Of a stretch of 64,000 nucleotides of DNA, positions 8,218-15,018 are shown piece by piece. Within the stretch, counting starts at the first letter, position 1; each line of letters opens with the position of its first letter. This DNA is from an uncultured Eubacteriales bacterium. GTDB lineage: Bacteria > Bacillota > Clostridia > Oscillospirales > Acutalibacteraceae. The DNA is taken from assembly GCA_934489735.1 (NCBI GenBank), contig CAKSSR010000009.1:4856-68855 (forward strand). Direction: 5' to 3'. The notes under the pieces are model-generated. The model was not told where the DNA came from and did not search any database. It worked only from the letters and a program-made list of their open reading frames with translations. The translations under genes and the position numbers were made by a program.

Positions 8218-8848
8218 GTGAATTTTATAGGAATGATTAAAAAAACTTTATGCATTTTATGTTTGGGCACCGCAATGTCAGCAATATCGGTAATGGCTAC
8301 TGACAATGACTTTTCAAAGTCTGAAATTTTTGGACAAAATAGGACTTATATGGGGATTGATAGAAACGACCACGCACACTCGTGACTTTAGTCATGAGTT
8401 AGTGGAAGAACCGTAGGAACTACGGGGATAGCTTGGTAAATATCTTTCCGTTAGGAGAGAGTTCCCAAGAACCCTGCGACTTTAGTTGTGGGAGGTTCAG
8501 GGAGTAGAACCATCAAAAGCTAAAGTAATGTCAGAAATATTTGATAAAGAAGTTACTTCTGGCAAGAGCTATCAATATGCTGATGAGTATGTAACAGCAA
8601 AATTTTCAGAAAATTTAGATGAAAGTGAAGCAAGATTAAAGGCTGAGATGGTAGAACAAGAACTTAGATCTGGCAGAAGTTGTTGCTATACATATGAGTA
8701 TGTAAAATTAAGGATTAAAGACAAAATGGAAGAAAGGCAAGCCAGAAACATAGCAGATGTATATGAAAGATTAGTTTTAATGGGAGTAAAAACTGAGTGT
8801 GCAGAAGGAATGGCTAAGCTAATGTTAGGAATTATCACCATTGGCTAA
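8218..8848 (+). pseudogene. disrupted paralog of the 8922..9776 secreted helical-repeat gene
   Basis: The N-terminal piece (GTG 8218 to TGA 8383-8385) encodes a signal peptide, VNFIGMIKKTLCILCLGTAMSA, nearly identical to the neighbour's. The C-terminal piece (track ORF 8486..8848) carries the same GKSYQYADEYV / GRSCCYTYEYV repeats in another frame. The 109-nt element lies between the two pieces. Confidence 0.7.
8392..8500 (+). repeat. 109-nt structured repeat element, copy 1
   Basis: 108/109 identical to 42450..42558. Predicted fold: a closing stem GAACC/GGUUC around three hairpins, namely CCGUAG-GAA-CUACGG, GCUUGG...(UCUUUCC-GUUA-GGAGAGA)...CCAAG and CCUGCGAC-UUUA-GUYGUGGG. Confidence 0.85.
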
Positions 8849-8921
8849 CGATTTGTATGTAGATTAGATTTAGAAAAAAGCATTATTTAATGTTTTGAAT
8901 AGAAAATTTGGAGGAAAAACT

Positions 8922-9776
8922 ATGAATTTTATAGGAATGATTAAAAAAACTTTATGTATTTTATGTTTGGGCACCGCAGTGTCAGCAGGATCTGTAATGG
9001 CAATGAATCCATGTGGAGGCCGCACACCAGCAGCTGTAATAATTGAGAGAGAAGTTAGTTCGGGCAGAAGCGTTCAGTATGCAACTGCATATGCAAACTT
9101 TATTCAAAGAGGATTTAGTGAAGCTAAAGCAAGAAAAATGGTAGAAATCTTTGAAAGTGAAACAAGAGCAGGCAGAAGTGTGCAGTATGCAGAGAAGTAT
9201 GCAATTAGTAGAGTCGAATATGTATTAGATGAATCGGAAGCAAGAAGATGTACAGAAGTATATGTAAATGAGCTCAAAGAGGGTAAAAGTGCGATATATG
9301 CAGAATTTTATTCCATAGCCTTAGTAAGAGGAAGAACGGATGAGGCTACAGCAAGGAAATCTGCAGAAATTTTTGAGCAAGAGGTCAAAGCTGGTAGAGG
9401 TGCTGTTTATGCATGTGAATATTCAAAGCTAATAGCATGCCATGGTTTGCCTGCAGAATCGGCAAGGAGGCTAGCAGATGCTGCAATCAGAGAAATGAAA
9501 GCAGGGAAAAGTCCAGTCTACATAGACCAATATATTAGATTAAAGGTAGGTCAAGAAACTGGTGAAGAAAGGCCGATGGATGAAGAGACAATAAGAGAAA
9601 TAGCAAGAATTTATGCTGATTTGGTTAACCAAGGAGTAGAACCAGAACAAGCTGAGCGTATAGCAAAAGCATTTTTAGGAATTGGCGGGATGGTAGTAGC
9701 CGTTGACGAGGAAGACGAAAACGATATTCAAGATGCGGTAAGGATTGCTTTAAATAAAGATAACAAAAATAGATAA
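8922..9776 (+). CDS. secreted helical-repeat protein (about 37-aa G[RK]SxxYAxxY repeats)
   Basis: ATG 8922 is preceded by GGAGGAAAAACT (the track ORF starts at 8895). Signal peptide MNFIGMIKKTLCILCLGTAVSAGSVMA. The motif G[RK]S/GxxY recurs at residues 53, 89, 126, 163 and 200, giving a period of 36-37. Confidence 0.8.
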   Translation: MNFIGMIKKTLCILCLGTAVSAGSVMAMNPCGGRTPAAVIIEREVSSGRSVQYATAYANFIQRGFSEAKARKMVEIFESETRAGRSVQYAEKYAISRVEYVLDESEARRCTEVYVNELKEGKSAIYAEFYSIALVRGRTDEATARKSAEIFEQEVKAGRGAVYACEYSKLIACHGLPAESARRLADAAIREMKAGKSPVYIDQYIRLKVGQETGEERPMDEETIREIARIYADLVNQGVEPEQAERIAKAFLGIGGMVVAVDEEDENDIQDAVRIALNKDNKNR

Positions 9777-9792
9777 GAGAACAGAACAAATT

Positions 9793-9838
9793 AACCGAAA
9801 CTCACTTAGTTGTGGATTTCGGTTTAAATTTTTTTATA
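9793..9838. terminator. bidirectional terminator between convergent genes
   Basis: AACCGAAA ... TTTCGGTT forms an 8-bp stem with a 16-nt loop, followed by TAAATTTTTTTAT. Confidence 0.6.
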
Positions 9839-9856
9839 AATTGATTAATTGTTTTA

Positions 9857-10822
9857 TTATTTCTTAGACTTTTGTCTGTATAAGAAGAAAATAGACAAGG
9901 CGCTGATAGCGATGAATGACAAAACTATGACGTATGCAGTGCTATTTTCACCGGTTTTTAAATATTTGTTACCTGATTTAGATTCGTCTTCAGATATTTT
10001 ATCATTTTGCTTAGAATCGTCATCAAAAGTATTATCAGACTTATTAGAGGAGGTATCATTTACTACTTCAAAGCTAGTAGAAGCAGAACCAGTTTTAGAA
10101 TTTATTGATATTGAATGCTTTCCGTTAGACAAAGTTGATATAAATTCAGGTTTTAGTTCGACTATAGTACTCCCGCTCTTGACGGTATAACAATCTTTAC
10201 CAATTTCTTTTGCATCTACATATACACTTTCGAAATCTTCATACTTAGCATTTGAAGTAAATGTCAAACTTTTGCTAGAGCCTTGTTCCCATTTACTATT
10301 TTCACCTTTTGTTATCTTATTTTTGCTATCTCGAACGTAATGATAAGTATCTTCCCACATTACGTCGTTACTTATTAACTCTTCGCTTTCTCCTTCAACT
10401 ATTTTTGCGATCTGGACAGAAAATGTCAAGTAAGAATCTTTAATACTTAAGCCGGCCTTTTCATAATCTGGGCAACCTCCATTCAAAAAGTTAGAAACGT
10501 CGAAAGACATAGGCAAACTATAAGAACCATTTGATCCAGATGAATCAAGTGTTATAGAATATATTGGATTTTTTTTATCTTTGGCATCAAACAGGTTAAA
10601 TTTTACTGCGGTACGGAACTCTTTGCCATTGGAATCCTTACCGCCGGTTGGCCACATGTAATCCCAGATTGCATAAATTGTCTGTCGGTCAGATCCTATC
10701 TTCATATTTAAGTCATAAGGATCCATATTGGTATCAGCAGCAATTGAATAAAATTGAGTAAAAGTAAATATCATTGATAAAGAAATAAACAGTAATGATA
10801 TCTTTTTATTAAAGAACTTCAC
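9857..10822 (-). CDS. cell-surface protein with LPXTG-like sorting signal (YLKTGEN + TM + KSKK)
   Basis: Likely GTG start at 10822, preceded by AGGAGTG (the track ORF starts at TTG 10846). Signal peptide present. The C-terminus ends with ...YLKTGENSTAYVIVLSFIAISALSIFFLYRQKSKK. Confidence 0.75.
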   Translation of the reverse strand: MKFFNKKISLLFISLSMIFTFTQFYSIAADTNMDPYDLNMKIGSDRQTIYAIWDYMWPTGGKDSNGKEFRTAVKFNLFDAKDKKNPIYSITLDSSGSNGSYSLPMSFDVSNFLNGGCPDYEKAGLSIKDSYLTFSVQIAKIVEGESEELISNDVMWEDTYHYVRDSKNKITKGENSKWEQGSSKSLTFTSNAKYEDFESVYVDAKEIGKDCYTVKSGSTIVELKPEFISTLSNGKHSISINSKTGSASTSFEVVNDTSSNKSDNTFDDDSKQNDKISEDESKSGNKYLKTGENSTAYVIVLSFIAISALSIFFLYRQKSKK

Positions 10823-10844
10823 GGAATCACTCCTATTAGTAATC

Positions 10845-10931
10845 AAAGCTTGTCGTCCTATTGACTTTAGTCAGCAAAATGGTTATAGTTGGATAAGAAC
10901 GAAAATGAAAACTAAAGAAAGGACAAGCTTT
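10845..10931 (-). promoter_or_regulatory. long imperfect stem-loop in the 5' leader of the 9857..10822 gene
   Basis: AAAGCTTGTC(G)TCCT (10845-10859) pairs with AGGACAAGCTTT (10920-10931). The enclosed region of about 60 nt contains a TGAC-TTTA-GTCA hairpin (10862-10873). The structure ends about 15 nt before the RBS. Confidence 0.45.
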
Positions 10932-11040
10932 AATTAATAATTATTTGATAAAATTTTACCACGGGTTATTGTACAATGAGAATATTATACTTGAAATTAG
11001 ATAAAAGTACAGTCCTGTTTCCAAAAAGTCACTTTCCAGG

Positions 11041-12792
11041 TTGGAAACGTTAGGATTGTTTAAATATTTGGAGTTGATTTTATTGAAATTTAGTGAGAGG
11101 TTAAATAATTATATCAATTTACTAGGATGTACGGCAAAAGACTTAAGCAATGCATCAGGTTTATCTACGGCCACATTAAGCAGGTACAGGTCAGGGAAAC
11201 GCATACCGGACGTGGATTCTGAAATTTTTAAGAAAATTTACATGGCGATCATAATAATAGCCAATAGCAAGATGGCGGAGAAGTTAGATAAAAATGCAAT
11301 CAAGAAAGAATTTTTAGAATGTTCGGATATTATAATGATAAATAAAGAGCAATTTAGGCAGAATCTTAATACTTTGATATCGATATTAAATATAAATATA
11401 TCAAAGTTATGTCATTATATAAATTATGATACGTCGACTATATATCGGATAAGAAATGGGACACGTCAGCCAGCAGAATTATATAAATTTGCCTGTGGGG
11501 TATCGAAATTTATTTCAGAGCAAGCAAATTTTGATAATGACAAGAACATAGTAGCAAAACTATTGAATTGCGATATCAAAGAGTTAAGGGACGACTTGAA
11601 TTATGAATCAAAAGTTAGGAAGTGGTTAATAAGTAATAAAGAAAACAATAATTGCATATGTAAATTTTTAAATAGATTAAGTGAGTTTAACTTGAATGAT
11701 TATATAAACAAGTTTAACTTTAATAATATTAAGGTACCGTCGGTCCCATTTCAAATTCCCACGTCGAAAACATATTTTGGCTTAGAAGAAATGATGGAAA
11801 GTGAGCTAAGCTTTATAAAATCTACAGTTTTATCAAAATCGATGGGAAAAGTCATAATGTATAGCGACATGCCAATGCAAGAGATGGCGAAAGATAAAGA
11901 ATTTCCAAGGAAATGGATGTTCGGGATGGCATTGATGTTAAAAAAGGGACTCTATTTCAAACAGATACATAATCTAGATAGGCCTTTTGAAGAAATGATA
12001 TTAGGACTGGAAGCCTGGATACCGCTTTACATGACTGGGCAAGTTTCTCCATATTATTTAAAGAACGTTCAGAACAACGTTTTTTTACATTTCCTAAAGG
12101 TTTCGGGGTCAGCAGCACTTGTAGGAGAAGCAATCGCAGGGTATCATGATGAAGGGAAGTACTACTTGACAAAGAAAAAAGAGGAGGTATCATATTATAA
12201 GAAGAGGGCGGAAGAACTTTTAAGCAAAGCATATCCATTAATGGACATATATAAGGAAGACAGGACAGATGAGTTAAAGGCATTATTACTTTCAAATTCG
12301 AACATATCAGGAAATAGAAGAAATATTTTATCATCGCCACCGTTATATGTAGTTGATGAAGAATATTTAAGGAATATTCTAGAATTTTATAGGATAGATG
12401 AAGAAAAAATAAGAAAGATATTAAATTTTTCAAGGTTTCATAGAGAAATAATAGAGAAAATTTTAGAAAATAATATAATAAATGATGAAATTCAAGTACT
12501 AAGTAAGGAAGAATTTGAAAAAGAACCGGTAAAGGTTTCGTTCTATGGAATGTTTTGCAACTTAGACTTGCCTTATACTTACGAAATGTATTTAAATCAT
12601 ATAGAACAAATGGAGAAATTCTCAAATAGAAACAAGAATTATTTGATAAGTAAAAGGGATAAGTCAACATTTAGAAACTTGAACATATCTATCCATGAGA
12701 AAAATTTAGTAATTGTATCAAAAAGTAAGTTCCCGGAGATATATTTTGTCATCCGTCATCCTAAATTAAGAGACTCTATAGAAACTTTATGA
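11041..12792 (+). CDS. tandem XRE-type helix-turn-helix protein with a large uncharacterised C-terminal domain
   Basis: Two HTH units: AKDLSNASGLSTATLSRYRSGKRIP and ISKLCHYINYDTSTIYRIRNGTRQP. About 400 further aa have no motif I recognise. An alternative TTG start at 11083 follows a GGAG. Confidence 0.65.
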   Translation: METLGLFKYLELILLKFSERLNNYINLLGCTAKDLSNASGLSTATLSRYRSGKRIPDVDSEIFKKIYMAIIIIANSKMAEKLDKNAIKKEFLECSDIIMINKEQFRQNLNTLISILNINISKLCHYINYDTSTIYRIRNGTRQPAELYKFACGVSKFISEQANFDNDKNIVAKLLNCDIKELRDDLNYESKVRKWLISNKENNNCICKFLNRLSEFNLNDYINKFNFNNIKVPSVPFQIPTSKTYFGLEEMMESELSFIKSTVLSKSMGKVIMYSDMPMQEMAKDKEFPRKWMFGMALMLKKGLYFKQIHNLDRPFEEMILGLEAWIPLYMTGQVSPYYLKNVQNNVFLHFLKVSGSAALVGEAIAGYHDEGKYYLTKKKEEVSYYKKRAEELLSKAYPLMDIYKEDRTDELKALLLSNSNISGNRRNILSSPPLYVVDEEYLRNILEFYRIDEEKIRKILNFSRFHREIIEKILENNIINDEIQVLSKEEFEKEPVKVSFYGMFCNLDLPYTYEMYLNHIEQMEKFSNRNKNYLISKRDKSTFRNLNISIHEKNLVIVSKSKFPEIYFVIRHPKLRDSIETL

Positions 12793-12810
12793 TTATTTTG
12801 AAGGAGGTAA

Positions 12811-14703
12811 ATGTTTAGTATGGATAAAGAGCAAAAAAGTATATTAATGAGGATTATCATATCAATATTAATGCTGATTGTTTTAAATTTTATACCAATG
12901 ATAAGCTGGCTTAGAATAATTTTATATATGGCTACGTATTTGATAATAGGATTTGATATTTTGAAAGAAGCTGGCTTTGGAGTGATAAAAGGAAAGGTAT
13001 TTGATGAGAACTTTTTGATGGCTGTGGCAACGATAGGATCAATTGTTTTGGCAATATATGAAAAGAGCAGCGAATTCAATGAATCGATAGCTGTTATGTT
13101 ATTTTATCAAATAGGAGAGTTGTTTCAAGATTATGCAGTCGACAAGAGCAAGAAAAATATAAGTAATTTAATGGATATAAGACCGGACTATGCAAATATC
13201 GAAGAAGATGGAAGAATATCTAAGGTGGACCCAAATAAAGTATCAATAGGCAGTACGATAGTGGTTCAACCGGGTGAGAAAATCCCAATAGAGGGAATAG
13301 TAGTAGAAGGAAATTCTTTCTTAGACATGAGTGCATTAACGGGCGAAAGCGTCCCCAAAAAGGTCGAGATCGGTAATGAAGTAATAAGTGGTTGCATCAA
13401 TATGGAAGGACTTATAAAAGTTAAGACAACTAAAGAATTTGGTGAGTCAACTGTATCTAAGATTATCGAACTAGTTGAAAAGTCAAGCGAGAACAAGTCA
13501 AAATCAGAGAACTTTATAACAAAGTTTGCAAGAGTATATACTCCTGTTGTATGTATAATGGCTTTAGTGTTGGCTATTGTTCCACCGACTATTGATATCT
13601 TTTTGAACGGGACATCAACGTGGTTAGACTGGATATACAGAGCATTGACATTTTTAGTAATAAGTTGCCCTTGTGCACTAGTTGTTAGCATTCCTTTAAG
13701 CTTTTTTGCTGGAATAGGAGGGGCAGGAAAAGAAGGAATATTGATAAAAGGTTCGAACTTTATGGAAATACTATCGAAAATAAATGTGGTTGTATTCGAT
13801 AAGACAGGGACATTGACTCAAGGAGTATTTGAAGTTAAAGGAGTTCATCATAATAAAATAGAAGATAGACAGTTATTAGAATATGCAGCTTTGGCTGAGT
13901 CATCCTCATCGCATCCAATAAGTAAGAGCCTACAAAGAGCATATGGCAAGGAAATAGATAGAAATAGAATAAAAGATGTAAAAGAGATCAGTGGGCATGG
14001 ATTAATTGCCAAGGTTGATGAGGTAGAGGTGTGCGTGGGTAATGAAAAATTAATGGAAATGATAAAAGTGCCATACGAGCATTGCCATTCAGTTGGAACG
14101 ATTATACATGTTGCCATAGATAAAGAATATATGGGGCATATAGTGATATCAGATATTGAGAAACCGACATCAAAACAGGCAATATTGGAATTGAAAAAGA
14201 TAGGAATAGATAAGACAATAATGCTAACTGGAGACTCTAAAGAGGTGGCAAAGAAGGTGGCAGAAGACTTGAATGTGGATGAGGCATATGGAGAAATGCT
14301 CCCTAATGACAAAGTTTTAAAACTGGAAGAGATATTGAAAGAAAATTCTAGAAATTCTAAGCTGGCATTTGTCGGAGATGGAATAAATGATGCACCTGTA
14401 TTGTCCAGGGCTGACATCGGTATAGCAATGGGAGCAGTTGGATCGGATGCAGCAATAGAAGCGGCAGACGTGGTATTGATGGACGATGACCCGTTAAAGA
14501 TATCAAAAGGAATTAAGATATCAAAGAAATGCCTGGCAATAGTATATGAAAATATAACGTTTGCATTGGTCGTAAAGTTTTTATGTCTGGGATTCGGGGC
14601 TTTCGGCATAGCTAACATGTGGCTAGCAATCTTCGCCGACGTGGGGGTAACTGTTATAGCAATTATCAATGCGATACGTGCCTTGAATGTAAAAAGACTA
14701 TAA
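12811..14703 (+). CDS. heavy-metal (Cd/Zn/Co-type) translocating P1B-type ATPase without an N-terminal metal-binding domain
   Basis: TGES, SCPCALV (CPC), DKTGTLT and VGDGINDAP motifs. GGAGG RBS. It starts 18 nt after the HTH gene stop. Confidence 0.9.
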   Translation: MFSMDKEQKSILMRIIISILMLIVLNFIPMISWLRIILYMATYLIIGFDILKEAGFGVIKGKVFDENFLMAVATIGSIVLAIYEKSSEFNESIAVMLFYQIGELFQDYAVDKSKKNISNLMDIRPDYANIEEDGRISKVDPNKVSIGSTIVVQPGEKIPIEGIVVEGNSFLDMSALTGESVPKKVEIGNEVISGCINMEGLIKVKTTKEFGESTVSKIIELVEKSSENKSKSENFITKFARVYTPVVCIMALVLAIVPPTIDIFLNGTSTWLDWIYRALTFLVISCPCALVVSIPLSFFAGIGGAGKEGILIKGSNFMEILSKINVVVFDKTGTLTQGVFEVKGVHHNKIEDRQLLEYAALAESSSSHPISKSLQRAYGKEIDRNRIKDVKEISGHGLIAKVDEVEVCVGNEKLMEMIKVPYEHCHSVGTIIHVAIDKEYMGHIVISDIEKPTSKQAILELKKIGIDKTIMLTGDSKEVAKKVAEDLNVDEAYGEMLPNDKVLKLEEILKENSRNSKLAFVGDGINDAPVLSRADIGIAMGAVGSDAAIEAADVVLMDDDPLKISKGIKISKKCLAIVYENITFALVVKFLCLGFGAFGIANMWLAIFADVGVTVIAIINAIRALNVKRL

Positions 14704-14733
14704 TCATTGGGAAAAAATAAGAAATATATATGA

Positions 14734-14772
14734 CTCTGTATTGATTTTTAAAGTCAGTACAGAGATTTTTTT
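14734..14772 (+). terminator. rho-independent terminator of the ATPase operon
   Basis: 14-bp stem (two G-U pairs), loop TTA, then ATTTTTTTA. Confidence 0.8.
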
Positions 14773-14889
14773 ATAATTTGGCAAGACAAAAAAAGAAAAT
14801 GAAAAAGAATATAATGAACAATCATATATATATTGTGCACTAATATCATTTTAATAATATAGATATATGCACAAATAACTAAAACTGAC

Positions 14890-14918
14890 TTGACACAACA
14901 CATATTTATATATATAAT
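14890..14918 (+). promoter_or_regulatory. consensus sigma-A promoter of the giant LRR gene
   Basis: TTGACA (14890-14895), a 17-nt spacer, then TATAAT (14913-14918). Both hexamers are perfect. Confidence 0.7.
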
Positions 14919-14942
14919 CAATACAAGTACAGGCATTTTTAT

Positions 14943-14961
14943 TACAAACTCATAGTTTGTA
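14943..14961 (+). promoter_or_regulatory. perfect 8-3-8 palindrome (operator-like or leader hairpin)
   Basis: TACAAACT-CAT-AGTTTGTA, about 25-45 nt downstream of the -10 box. Confidence 0.4.
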
Positions 14962-15018
14962 TAGACTTTAGCTAGGAATATCCACGTTTTTTGATTATAC
15001 CATTAGGAGGTAATAAAT

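Noticed and set aside
8392-8500. Assignment of the 109-nt element to a known RNA class (T-box, hammerhead, twister, guanidine/ykkC, group II intron domain V-VI, SRP, tmRNA) or to a classic MITE
   Set aside because: The conserved cores I remember for those classes are absent on both strands (CUGAUGA...GAAA, AGC-triad domain V with a GNRA loop, ACGR loops and others). I saw no terminal inverted repeats or target-site duplication. It stays unclassified rather than being forced into a family.
11957-12670. 237-aa antisense ORF within the HTH-regulator gene, plus similar shadow ORFs (449..670, 3442..4250 set, 4715..5155, 9849..10190, 37860..38693, 49439..51001 set, 55589..55957, and many short ones inside 15019..28023)
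   Set aside because: All lie opposite or out of frame within longer ORFs that carry recognisable motifs or signal peptides. None has a convincing RBS.
13848-14669. 273-aa antisense ORF, and the 141-aa ORF at 13266..13691, inside the P-type ATPase gene
   Set aside because: It lies opposite a gene with unmistakable P1B ATPase motifs. The translation is low-complexity (S/I/T/A rich), as expected for antisense reading of an AT-rich gene. There is no RBS.
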